Below, one piece after another: positions 13,578 to 26,084 of a DNA stretch of 64,000 bases. Numbering within the stretch: position 1 is the stretch's first letter; each line of letters opens with the position of its first letter. The DNA lies in assembly GCA_030264375.1 (NCBI GenBank), contig JASCQW010000119.1, positions 10,414,781 to 10,478,780 on the forward strand, written 5' to 3'. This DNA is from Carcharhinus longimanus (Eukaryota). The translations under genes were made by a program, and so were the position numbers. Below the pieces are notes generated by a model. It saw only the letters and a list, made by a program, of their open reading frames with translations. It was not told the origin of the DNA and did no database searches.

Positions 13578-15009
13578 AGTGCAAATTCTGATTTTTTTTT
13601 TAATTTCTCTGAATGATATCGAGTTCCCAGACTGCTGTGGTGGTTGCAATAATGCACAGAACTGAACATTATCTCCACGCTCTCCTGACAAGCGTCTGGG
13701 TAATGCTTGCCAGGTTGCCGTAGGTCAGTTGCTGACTTCCATAAATCAGAAATCACAAAACAAAGCCCGTCATTGGAGGTGCAGTGCTGGTACAGATGGC
13801 CCAATTCTGGTAAACTGTAAGCTCTATTGATTTCGTAGTGTTTTTGCAATAACTGTTTTACAAAGAAAAGTCAGGAGAAAATAACTTCAGTTCTGCGGAA
13901 GTGTTCCAGTAGGGTTCTATGATTCTATTTCAAAAAAAAAGAAATAAATATGAATTGCTGCTAAACAGGTTTACCTCTTGTGTTCATGTAGCTCAAGGCT
14001 CTTTTTACCATTATACGTAAATATTTCCACACCAAGTTATTTGCTAATTGCATTTCGAAGATCATAGAGGAAACTCCTTCCAATGCACAGCAACAGCGAG
14101 ATCTGCACGAAAGTTTTACTTTATGTTTTCACTCATGCTGATTTTCTTTATTTTGCAAATAACCATAAATTACTGACATCTGGTCCTAGTAACTTCCATG
14201 AGTTCGAAGAGCCTCCCAACATCTCCCCTGCCGTTCGTTCATGGAACTGAATATATCTTCAAATGTTCATCCTAAAGCCTGTTCTGCAAAGAGGGCAAAA
14301 AAAATTCTGAAATTTGTGGTCCAAATTCAGGTCGCTATTTTTGTAACAACTGACATTACTCGTGAAATGCACAAAATACTTAATGTCTCAGAGGTTAATC
14401 CACTTGAAGCGTGCTTGTTTCTTAAAGTAAAACTTAATATGTTAATATGACCTTGATGGGCAACTTTTCTCGCCCGAGTTGTGCACGTTGTTTCAGTGTG
14501 CGTGCATCCGCCAAGTCGCCTCTGCACTGCTACAAGGACGGCTCCCTGAGCACCAAAACAAATTCAAATTTCAAAACATATGATTAAGCAATGCATTCTG
14601 TTGATTCGCAGTAACAGGTGTGTTCTATACATGCATGGATACGTTGAAATGGCGCAGTTTTGAAACAATTTAAAAAAAAAATGATTCACCTGACATCAAG
14701 CCTTCAGTCTGAATAAAAAAGCCTGCATGCATTTGTACAGTGCATTTTCCTTGTGCCAAATGGTACCCCGTCTCCAGTCCTTTCCAGCAACGCAGAGATT
14801 CTTGCGTCAACCACATATCCGAGGCCTCCTTTACAAATTCATGACACGTTCGCAGATTGATACAAACATTTCTTTTTCGATGTTGCCTACATGCTTTGGA
14901 GTCTTTGTTCCAATATCCATAGTACTGCAGGATTACATAACAGTTTTCCTATCTATAGAAGATGGAAAGTCATAAGGAAACAATTAACGTTTGTTTTCCT
15001 TTATTTCAG

Positions 15010-15045
15010 ATCTTCTGGACACCAATAAAGTGTTGAAAGAAACAG
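15010..15045 (+). CDS. 36-nt coiled-coil micro-exon (DLLDTNKVLKET)
   Basis: ttttcctttatttcag|ATCTT...GAAACAG|gtctga; phase 1-1, open, same length as paralogous exons; weak donor. Confidence 0.65.
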
Positions 15046-16399
15046 GTCTGATGATACATATTGCCTTTTGAAACATCTACCCTACCAATTCACGACGTTT
15101 TCAGCGTTCTATGTTTACAGCTCGTAGAAAACTTAAACATCTTCTATATAGGAACTCAGGGTGTTAATTAGCGATCTTGACGAACAACTGTGATGAAGAA
15201 ACTGTAAGCACATTATTGTATTTACTGTTGAAAGGCTTAGCCTTCTCAATGCAATCATTCTGAATCAGAACGTATGATAACTCCAAACTTAAAGTTTGTT
15301 TATGGTTGAAAAAATGAATGGACACACTCCAGAGGCAAGTCTGGTCTGCTTTCCAATAAAAAGGCACGACGAAATAGGAAACTTTAGTTGTATGCATGTG
15401 TTTGATTGGATTGAAGCCCGATGCATAAAACATAACATATTGAACGTACGAATAAGCTTTTACGCAAATCCATCATTTTCTGCCGTCTGATAAATTCATG
15501 ACCAGTTTGATTTTTGCCTCAGTCTCAGTGATACGAATATCCCTTGATTCACGTATCTGTCAAAAATATATCGAAATTTGTCTTAAAATAGGCTAACACA
15601 TTTTATAAACAATAAATTGTGCAATGTCATTCAACAGAATGGTTCCGCTATGCGAGAAACATCATTAGTTTCTCTATATCTCATATGTGTTTTGCTTCTG
15701 CTGAGTAGTTGCCCGGTCCCAGTCTCTTCCAACAACGCAGAGGTTCTTGCTTCATCCACAAATCCGAGGCCCACGAGCTGCTTAGAATTTTCCAGTGCAT
15801 AATGACTTATTGTCGGGGAAACACTTTCTCGCAGCCCAACCTTGTCCTATCCATCTACCGGTGCAATGATCCCTTTGAAAACTTCTTGTAACGGAAGTTA
15901 CATTGCAAAAGCAAAGTACATAGTAAATGGAAGAGCCCTTAGAAATGTCAGCATACAAAAGGATTTACGGGTGCAAATCCAGAGCCGTAACGCTGGTTGA
16001 AGCGTTTCAAATAAAGGTCGAATTTATCTCCTCTCGAGTGAAACTATGTCCTGCCATAGCCTTGTTAGAAATGCTGCACGTAACACTCTCACCGTGGCTT
16101 GCAGACAGCTCCATGTAGCTCCTTATAATATTTATATGTTATTCTATGTCTCGTCTATGAATGGAATCTGTATTATACGCGTTGAGAACCACTGTGGCTG
16201 CCTGTCATGCTGTCTTCAATAATTTGTCGCCCGGTACCCCTCGATCCCTCTGTGATCATGTATTTCTAGCATTCTACCATTCACTAAGCTATCAATTGAA
16301 TTCTCATTGAACAATGTTCGGAGAACACATCCATTTGCCATTGCCCACATTACTGTTATCATCCTGCTATCTGAGGCTTTGTTCCTCTCTATTTATAAA

Positions 16400-16712
16400 A
16401 ATCGTGGAATCCCTACAGTGCAGAAAGAGGCCATTTCGCCAATCACCCCTGCACCAACAACAATCCCACACGGGCCCTATCCCTACAACCACAGGTATGT
16501 GCCCTGATAATCTGCAGACGTTAAGCGGCAATTTAACATGACCAGTCAACCTAACCTGCACATCTTTGGATTGTGGGGGTAATTGAAGCACCCGGACGAA
16601 ACCCACACAGGCACAGGGAGAACGTGCAAACTCCGCGCAGAGAGCGACCCAAGACTGGAATTGAACCTGTGTCTCGGCAGCTGCGAGGCAGCAATGCTAA
16701 AAACTGCCACCG
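16400..16712 (-). mobile_element. HE1-type SINE, near full length
   Basis: Reverse tail (gaatccctacagtgcagaaagaggccatt), core (ctttggattgtggg..gaaacccacac) and tRNA head (ggaattgaacc..gcagcaatgcta). Confidence 0.9.
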
Positions 16713-17014
16713 GGGAAAATTAGCACAATCCCAATGTTAATTTCATCTGCACACTGTCTGATCCTACCTAACATCTTCTCTTCCAGATTTTTTTGTCAAA
16801 TGCCTACAGCATGAGCCGCAGCAACTTTCACTGCAGAACACGATTGAACTCATGTTTTCAGTAATTAAAAAAAAAACTGGTTACCACCCTCTGCCACTAA
16901 GGCAATTTAGCAAATTGCACGGCTTCCATGTCCCAACACTAGTTTATTTCAGCGAAAGTCCGAATGCAGTCCATGTAGGCCAGATGAACAACATTGTGCT
17001 TATTTAAACAAATT

Positions 17015-17234
17015 CAGTATGCCAATGCCTCGAATCAGTTGGGTAATTGTAAATCCCGTGTTGCCTGTCATGTTACACTCCATGTCTACTTAGTTGACTC
17101 GGTATCAAATTATAGCTGTCTCTGCCTCAGGATGGAGTCAAAAAAAAAAGTCAGATAAGCAGATGTTGAACTTCGAGTCAGATTTGGCTATTGCACGGCG
17201 GGAAAATAAGTCAAAGCCTCAGAGCTGTGTAATG
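17015..17234 (+). repeat. Copy 1 of a ~220-bp diverged local duplication (copy 2 at ~18800-19020)
   Basis: tgccaatg.ctcga.tcagttg...cccgtgttgcctg...tatcaaattatagc.gtctct...gttgaacttcga.tca.attt...agcctcaga.ctg..taatg is shared by both copies. Confidence 0.9.
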
Positions 17235-17675
17235 NNNNNNNNNNNNGGGGGGGGGGGGGGGGGAGGCAACAACAACCTTTTTTTTACGTCGTCAATCCGA
17301 CATATTGGGCGTGATTTCGTATTGGCAGATCTCTGCAGAATACCGTTGAATGATCCTCACCTCTTCAATCCAGCTGCAGATTATTGCATTCATGATTAGT
17401 CCCTCAGCCTTCACTTTGGTTACAAGACCCATATTTTCTTCTATGCAGCTGCACCGACATTACTGGCAACGTGTCTACAAATCACTCCCAGAAATGTCAG
17501 ATTAAGATTATCATGTCATATTCCTATCAACAGCAACACAATCTTCACCATTGGAAGTATGGTTATGTACTTTATTTTTAATAATTTCTACGTACTTCAT
17601 GGACTCGTCTCATCGTCTTACTGTAATATCGTGTCATTCCAAATTGTCGCATAGTTTTGACATTTTGTGTCCAAC

Positions 17676-17900
17676 GGGTGGAGCGATGTCGCAGCCCTCA
17701 GCACGGCTACCTCACAGGGTGAGAGGCCCGGGCTTAAATCCGGCCTCGGGTGAGGTCTGTACGGTGTGCGCACGTTGTCCGTGTGTCTGCGTCTGTTTTC
17801 TCCAGGTTCTCCGGTTTCTACCTACAGTCCAAAAATGTGCGGGCTAGATTAATTGGTCATGCCAAATTGACCCTTAATTTCAGGGGATTTTGCAGGACTA
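17676..17900 (+). mobile_element. HE1-type SINE, decayed
   Basis: tRNA-like head (ccgggcttaaatccggcctcgggtga) and core (tgtgtctgcgt...ccggtttctacctacagtccaaaaatgtgcgg). Confidence 0.8.
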
Positions 17901-18799
17901 TTATGGCGCAGGGTATGGATGCGTTTGTTGCTGGTGACACCGTTTTCGTTTTCGTTTTGTGCTATAGAGTTTATATGTTGCACATCATATATGATCTGTG
18001 AAATCACTATGAGATCGTGTGTATGTGCTTCCATCTGAAGTTCACTTTTATTTATGTTCAAATGATTGCAGGTGAAATTCAGATGCAGATATCATTACTT
18101 TTGCAACTTTTTTTTTGCCACCTGCCCGCCAGGTCTATTCTTTGTTCATTTCAGCTGGTACAATAAGACTGCATGTGCCAAGTTATAATGACAAATACAC
18201 TTTTTGGTCCAACTATATATGGTTTTACCAAAATTGTCTTAAATTCATGACTCTTTCTCTAACTTGTCGCATCATTCCAAATACTAATATAAAAATGTAT
18301 TAATATCCGACTCATCAGAATACGTCCAAGGAGGGTCCATGTGAAGACCGTCCTGGTGGTGCATCTTATACCACATTTAATGTCCATAAATTGGAAATTA
18401 TTAACCACACCCATGAATTGAAATAGCCCCATCGTACTTAATCTTTATAGATTTGCATGAGATTTTAGAAGTCAACGCTGAACTGTTGCGCTTGAGGTGC
18501 AGCTTTTTTTCAATGAAGTTATTCATTTCATAGACTGTCAAAATAATTTGAACTTTCTAGCCTTACATGTATTATTTGATACATGCATTCACATGGTAAA
18601 TGTATCCTTCTGCGCCAATAGAAATTGTGCCCCCAGCCCAGAGCAATCATCCTCACCATTGTTATCCGGCAGTCCACAAGTCATTCTGGGCAATAGCTCG
18701 CCTATGTACCTCCCTAAATGTGCTCGATCAAAACGATCATTCCTCAGAATGGATTTTCATCAATGGTTACCCAATCAACGATCCCCAAGCATTCCCTTC

Positions 18800-19020
18800 A
18801 ATCTGCCAATGTCTCGATTCAGTTGAGCAATTGGAATTCCCGTGTTGCCTGCCATACTACACTCTGTGTCCACTTACTTGGCTCGCTATCAAATTATAGC
18901 CGTCTCTACCTAAGGATGGAACGGACAAAAATACCAAATAAGCGGGTGTTGAACTTCGAATCAAATTTACCAGCTGGATGGCGAGAACATAGTTCAAAAG
19001 CCTCAGAACTGCATAATGGG
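18800..19020 (+). repeat. Copy 2 of the ~220-bp local duplication
   Basis: Colinear similarity to 17015-17234. Confidence 0.9.
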
Positions 19021-19031
19021 CAGTCAAGATG

Positions 19032-19109
19032 CCATTCACCTGCTCCCAGTGTGGGAAAGGATTTACTTGTTCATCTCACCTGGTGAGACACCAGCGACTT
19101 CACAGGTGA
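19032..19109 (+). pseudogene. Isolated terminal C2H2 zinc finger plus stop codon (truncated ZNF gene copy)
   Basis: Translates [25 protein letters not shown], a perfect Kruppel-type finger. No further fingers upstream; followed by a UTR-like tract with AATAAA at ~19185. Confidence 0.8.
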
Positions 19110-19384
19110 CGGCAGAGAGTGGATTTTCTGTTACCACAAGCAACAACTATTCTTTACATCGTGAATCCAAATGATACCAATAGGAATAAATTATATTTCT
19201 CGACGATCGTTGATGAAAATATCTTGTAAAGCAGTATTCTGAATGCTTTAAAAATGTAATCGTACAAACCAAATTATTGTTGACAAATGACTTTAGAGTT
19301 TTGTACAGTTCATCTTTAAAAAAAATACTGTGAGGTAAATTGTGTACAGTTTATATTTATGCATTTTTGTCTTCTTTTGAGCAG

Positions 19385-19411
19385 AGGAGGAGCTGAGAAC
19401 AAAAGAAGATG
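19385..19411 (+). CDS. 27-nt coiled-coil micro-exon (EEELRTKED)
   Basis: ttttgtcttcttttgagcag|AGGAGGAGCTGAGAACAAAAGAAGATG|gtatct; phase 1-1. Confidence 0.75.
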
Positions 19412-22400
19412 GTATCTAATATCCAATAAGTTTTGAACGAGTGGATACAAAAAGAATACGTAGCTACTGCTTAGGGAATGTTCAGTTATTAAAACGTCAA
19501 TTGAGAACTCACTCAGAGACATCAGGAAGACAAATAGCCCAAGAATCTAAGTAATCTTCCGTGGAAGCTGTCTACTTTCCAAGCAGCAGAGTTATTATTG
19601 CGGCTTAAATCCATCGTTTCATCTATTTTGCCACCTATGAGCAAAACATCTCATGCCACATTTTTGGGAATTCCATTTTCTCCAGATACACTATCCAGTT
19701 ACCAACCAGATGAAACTGTGACTAATGTTATTAGTTTCTTCAAATGGCATTTCATTAGCTTTTCTAGTGTACGCTCAGAATCAGGAGACAAAATCATATC
19801 AGAGACAAATTATTAGATTGCTTCCAGTCAAACATTGTGAATGTTGACAACGGCAGCTGCTGATTGTGGACGAAATTAAAGGGTAGTGCTCGGCAAAGAT
19901 CATTGACCATGATTATTTAAAAGGGCACAAGTTATCCTGCACGCGTATCTATTTTTTATCTGACCACATTCAACGTATTGCGTGCAAGGGTCGTCGCCAC
20001 TTAATGATTACGTCACATAGAAAGTTTGCAGAACAGCTTCATGTGGAGAATATGTGATATCTGTGCATTTGAAGGTCCGGCAATGATTCACCATTTGGTT
20101 CAGCGGATTGAAGGATGACTGGGTAACTGTATTTACATCGATGATAAGGCCATACTAATCAACTGAGAAGTATCCACTGCAAACACAGATATTCTCCTTG
20201 GTACGCGACCTGAAAGTGAAATAGCAACACTCAGGCAGCTGAAGGAAAATTTTGACAATGGTCTGCAAGTATTCGGCAAACGTTGATTCAATTTATTACA
20301 TGTTTGCTGCAGATTCAATAATTCGTTGTTAGTTTTATCTCTCCAGAGTCGAATAGGAGGACCCTATTAAAGTCGGCGGAAGTGATAAATGTGGAATTCT
20401 TACAAGACGTTTTGAGTAAAAACGCAACAATAGGAATGAGTCATAGGGAATTTGCGTTCAATTACTGGAATTTTCTGAACAGCGCCAATCAAAAGAGCCG
20501 CGGTAACATCAACCCTTCTGGAAATTACATTGAATTTATGTATTGATATTATTCTGGCCTGCTGAGTCTTTTTTTCCGTCGCCACATCTTAATTTTGAAT
20601 GGGATAAATGATCTTCTGTCTTTTCCTTTTAACGTGATCCCGATTCTGTACAGCGGCTCCATTCATACGATGCTCCAATTACGAACATTCAAACTTTGAG
20701 AAACATGCTGCCGTGTCCTCATATACATAAGCTGTCCCTGGAAAACTTTTTATATCTGAAGCAAGTTCAGATATCGAATGCTCAGAGATCAAATGAAATA
20801 AAATCAGTTACTTACGAAGAGGTGCTATGGAGTTCGACTAGAATAAATTGCTGCACAAAGTCTCATCGGGTGAAAAACTTGAAAAAAGTGTCAAGGATCA
20901 AAGATGCGACTGCAAGGAACATTCAGACTATTGTTTAACATTGTGCACATAGTACTCAAATCGTGGGAAACCACGGTTAGCTCCCAAGCGGTGAAAATAA
21001 CTTCGAACGTGAGATGTTCAACGGGTCGAAGAATGCTTACGTTTGGAAGGAAGCCCTGTTTCGGCTCGGGAGGTGTGTGCTTAGCACGCTCTTCAGTATT
21101 TCAGGGAGGCATATATCTGATTTACCTGAAAAGCAACATTGAATCTATGCTCTGAACTGCACGCAATTTATTTTTTGTTTGTTTCATTAGTATTCAATTG
21201 GTGGCAATTCTGGTTAATCTTCAACAAAAACTATATATAGTAGCTTTATTGTGTTGGAAAACGTGTGCACGCATTAACTGTTTAACATCATGGCATGAAC
21301 TAATTTAAGCTGGAACTAAATATCCGCCTAAGAGTGAAACGTAGCAAGTGAGAAATATTGAAAGATGTAAAAAATGTATAATGAAGTATACGTATCTTTT
21401 TTTTTGGAAAGTAATATATTTTTGGGCTCCACCACGTGTATATATTGGGGAAAAAACACGTAATGTTGTAGGAATCACATGGCCATATGCGTTTTTATTA
21501 ACTCCTTCGATATTAATGTGTAAGGGTTCCACTTTGATGCATTAGACTGAGGAACCAATATTTGCTTTCGACATTATGAGGAATGATGCGACAAAATAGT
21601 CCTGATTTTTATTTGGGCAATTAGTGAAGAATAACTAGTGAAGTAAAATAAAATATGAGAAAGAAACAACAAGAAATACTGAGTAAACAATAACACATAA
21701 TGATATGAATGATTAAATTTCACGGTGCCTCTGAAATTATGTATCATTCAGAAAGTGTATCCACGTTTTTTGAACTCATAGAACAACATTTTGTTTCCAA
21801 ACAACATCGACATTTTTAAATCTATAAGTCAAATACATCACATTGCTCCCGCACGCTATTACTATAATGACGTGGCCTGGACTATATCTAAATATGGGTT
21901 GTTCAGCGAAGATGTGCAATTGTATTTCGAAAAGGAGGATATCAGCAATATGTATTAGCTCTGAAAGATGGCTGAACTGATTTCTCAGCAGATTTGACCT
22001 GTCTGGCACTTAATTAGTAATGGAAACCAGCCGCTCAGGCTGTCGGACGAGCTGCTCCACGTCGCTCTATATTTGCAGATAATTATTCCTTTTAGCCACT
22101 TCGATATTTCCGTTTCTGAATTACATCATTCGTTTCTCTGAAATTCCTCATATCAAACAATTATCATACTACTACCTTCACTGATCTGTCGGTTCTCTAG
22201 GGAATCTCTGTCTACGGTGGGGCAATTTGCACCATTTTTGTCTAGATTCCTGCTGACCTTGTTATTGAACAAATCGTATCCTTTCCTCATAATTGAATGT
22301 CGCCTGGTTTTATCACTACTTAAGTTTCCACTAGTTGGTCAAGATTATTTTTAAATTAATGATATTGTTTTTGCTAGGAAAGCAAGCAACATTACACAAA

Positions 22401-23706
22401 TTAAACCTTTTTGCGTTTAATTAACCAGCTCTTGAGAAATGCAAAGAGGCATTAAAAGAATTGGGTGAGAAAATATGTGTTTCTTTATTTATTTTCTTCC
22501 AACGTATTCAAATCATTGGGGAATTGTTTCAGATTGTGTTGTCAGATCTATTGTGACACTGAATTGTGCAGTAACGACAACACATCTTACATGAAATAAC
22601 TTAGTGAATGTTTTAATTAATCATATCATGTTCCCAAATAGAAAACCACAGTTCCAGCCAAAAAAACTTTCTGGAATTCCATATATAAATTCTCTCATGG
22701 TTAAACACAAACATATTCAAACAAATTGAAATTGCAGGAGGATTTTTGAGCCCGCGGTGTCAAAAATCAGGAGATGTTCAGCCTCATCACAGTTTCTCGC
22801 GCATGACCCATTCCCTTGGTGGCAAATGTATAATAAACAAATATTCAATTAGCATTAAATGTTTGGGGTTGTAATCATGTTGCATCTTACTTGAAGAGTT
22901 GGTGTCCAATTAGATAGCACACTCTCATTGAAACCGTGGCTCCTTTTTTTTTCTCTTCGTCAATTCATCTATTTAAATCCTGAAAACAAAACAGCTTTTA
23001 CGGATCCCTGGAGATTGAGTAACATGATGTCCGAACTTTTGTTTTCTAAACTTTCATATTTCTATCCATTTCAGCCATATATCTGATCGAGAAAAATAAA
23101 CAATTTCTATTCAATGTCTGCATTACACGAAAACCGACAAATTGGTGACGCCCTTCTCATCGCGCTTTAACCGGAGAAGCAATAGTCTATGACGTTTCTC
23201 TTAATGTCCCTATCTTGGAAAAGCAAACTTCTTCTATTTGTATGGTATATTATTATATCGATTCAAGGCATTTCATGAAGTTCATGCAGAAAAATACTGT
23301 TTGTTTGCTCTAAATGGGACAAACAATCGCATGTTTGCCGTATGTTCTCTTCGTCTCAACAACGGTTTACAACAAATTTATTTGCATTAATTTTCATCTG
23401 TCACAATTTATTTGTTTCTTCACAATTTATTTTGTCTTTCCTTATGTATTTCTTTCTTCCTTCCTTCACATTTTTTCTTTCCTTATTTCTTTCCTTATGT
23501 GTTTTCTTCTTTTTCTTTTTTTTCTGTCGTAAATATATCGACCGATGCTTACACCTTTAATGGTGCAATCTGTTTTTCCTTCATGAATGTGAATAAACAA
23601 TTTTAAAACTGATCAAAAAAATCATGCTACGTGAAGAAAAGCGCAGCACAGTCGAAATGTTTCGAGTTAGTTGACATCTGCGGGCTGATGTGTTCTTCCA
23701 CGACAG

Positions 23707-23733
23707 AAGGAAAATATAACGCAAAAGAGAAAG
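23707..23733 (+). CDS. 27-nt coiled-coil micro-exon (EGKYNAKEK)
   Basis: ttcttccacgacag|AAGGAAAATATAACGCAAAAGAGAAAG|gtgagc. Confidence 0.8.
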
Positions 23734-24576
23734 GTGAGCATTTGGTCACGAAGCCAAATATATTTTTCACAGCACAATAATATTGTAGAAAATCACTGTT
23801 TTGCAAAGTAAATTGAATACATTATCATGAACTTTCAGAAGACGTTGTTACTATCTGTTTTTAATTGCGTAGACGTGAAATGAATATGTTTCTTGCCGTA
23901 CAAAGATATGTTGCGTCTTCAAAACAATGACGATAAACTACGTAGTACTGATTCTAAAATTATATCCAGCTGATAGCATTTAAAAAGAGAGCGGACGGAA
24001 TGCGTATCTCGTTTACCAGTGGAGAATTATTTGCCGAACACACATTGCTTCAAGTGGATATATTGGTATATTGATGAAAGAGGAAAGCACCGAACGTACA
24101 TTTTTTTTTTAAGTTGCGCTGTATGTTATGGTGGAGGTGATATGTCTTGAATCTTATACTCGTGTGGAACATTAACCACAATTGTAGAATTTCAGTGAAA
24201 TGTTCGAAATGTGTTTCATAGTGTGCTCGGGTCAATCGACGGAATGTTGACATGAATCGATTGACTTCAAGTTAGATATTTTGCTTGCAATGAAAAACAG
24301 AATTGTGTTGGTGTGACAAGTAATTGGATTTAAATTAATTTAGATAGGTGAAAACTACATATTAACACCCCTTCAGAGTTTTCTTTTTTAGTTAGCAATT
24401 ATGGTATCACGTTTATCATTCAGATTTTTTTTTAACTTTCATGTGGTTTGTTGAATTGACATTTCACTATGTGCTGTGGATGGATACGAATTAAGGTAAT
24501 TCGAGCAATACCCTGACTCATCAATTTACGGTGCCATTACGTTGTACTATGAATTGTCTATGTTTTTGAATTTTAG

Positions 24577-24612
24577 AGCGAACCGACTACAAAGAATCTT
24601 TAGAAAATTTAG
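24577..24612 (+). CDS. 36-nt coiled-coil micro-exon (ERTDYKESLENL)
   Basis: tttttgaattttag|AGCGAACC...GAAAATTTAG|gtgagc. Confidence 0.82.
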
Positions 24613-25023
24613 GTGAGCAAAACGTTTGTCTTCCCAACATTTAGAACAAATGTATGCTATAGTCAACATATTTTGCAGATTTATGCGATTTTCATAACGC
24701 GGGTAATGGCAATGCTTACATTCCTTACAAATTGAAATGTCTTAAAGTATTTCCATGGACTTTTCTAAAAAAAACTTCATTCGAGTGGAAAGGAGCAAGA
24801 CCATCTTATTGGTTTGTTGCTGAATATACCTTCTGTAAACAACATGATCCTAGAATATTCATAATTGTGGTTATACCCCTCTTCTCCGAAGAATCATACA
24901 CTATTCATTACGTCCATTTCGATTTGAATGGCAACATGACCGTAGCAAAAAAAAAATCCTTCACACAAACGTTCAGTTAATGCCAGAATATGTTTTTTTT
25001 GTTTCTTAATCGATCCGCAACAG

Positions 25024-25050
25024 AAGTGAAACTAAACTCCACAGAAAAAG
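25024..25050 (+). CDS. 27-nt coiled-coil micro-exon (EVKLNSTEK)
   Basis: ccgcaacag|AAGTGAAACTAAACTCCACAGAAAAAG|gtagtt. Confidence 0.8.
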
Positions 25051-25624
25051 GTAGTTGTTAAAACGATGCGTTTAAAAGTAACACAGGTTTAACAGGTGGT
25101 CGCTTATGAATTTTACGTTAGTCTCAACGTCATATTTGTTAAAAAAAATCACAAAATGAAGTGGATACCGGGAGATTAAAGCATAACCAAAACAGGTCTG
25201 ACAACATCTCTAGAGAGATAGAAGGCGTTATTTCCATGAGATTTCAACATTATCGAAATTCGAGGATGAGTTTTTTTCTCTCTCTCTCTTTGCGCATGCT
25301 GCCCGACTTGTCGAATTGCCTGGCGTTTTATTCCTGCCATTGACGGGACTGGTTTCTTTAAGATGTTTGAGTGTGTATTAAACGTCAGCCTATTCGCTGT
25401 GGCCAAACAAGTTGAGACCGGTTGATTTCATCCCAATCGGCTATTTTTCTTTGCGTGTGAATTACGGTGTCATTGATGGTCAATTTAAAATTCAGGTGTT
25501 AACTTACGTTCAGATTGTACGTGTGTGTGGTTAATTTCCATCATGTTTCATCGCAGCGGTAAACTTGCTCTCCACGTCCTGTACTCCAATGTAATATTAT
25601 GTATTGCCCATTTTCTGCACTTAG

Positions 25625-25660
25625 AAAAAAACAACCTTAAGGGCGCACTGGAAGATTTAG
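25625..25660 (+). CDS. 36-nt coiled-coil micro-exon (EKNNLKGALEDL)
   Basis: ttttctgcacttag|AAAAAAAC...GAAGATTTAG|gtgagc. Confidence 0.82.
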   Translation, partial: KKTTLRAHWKI

Positions 25661-26057
25661 GTGAGCAAACAGCTTGTGTTGCCTATATTTTGGATTCAGA
25701 ATGTCTTGCATTTATGTTTTGCTATCAAATGCAAACTGGAGAATTGTCAAATGGACGCCAATTATGTGATAACAGATCATGAAGGTTTCAATTGACTTCA
25801 CAAAAAAAAGTTGCGTTCGGATGAAAGATGCTCAATCTAAAATATTTATAGGATCAAGAGAAACCAGAGTGAATGTGACGAGCGCTAAATAAGATGATTT
25901 CTGTAGAATCAAATTGTGAATTCCATTGAATTCCTCCCGAAAATAATGCAGCGTTCGTCATATCCGGGTCGGTTTGATGAATGAAAAGTATCAAAAATTG
26001 CCGTTGGCGACAATTTAAGATAATTGCACATTTTGTGTATGTTCTTTTTTGCGACAG

Positions 26058-26084
26058 AACGGAAACTAAAATTAACAGAAGAAG
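26058..26084 (+). CDS. 27-nt coiled-coil micro-exon (ERKLKLTEE)
   Basis: ttttttgcgacag|AACGGAAACTAAAATTAACAGAAGAAG|gtagac. Confidence 0.8.

Noticed and set aside
23314-23606. Very hydrophobic Phe/Leu-rich ORFs resembling transmembrane segments
   Set aside because: Low-complexity T/C-rich intronic tract that is hydrophobic in all three frames.
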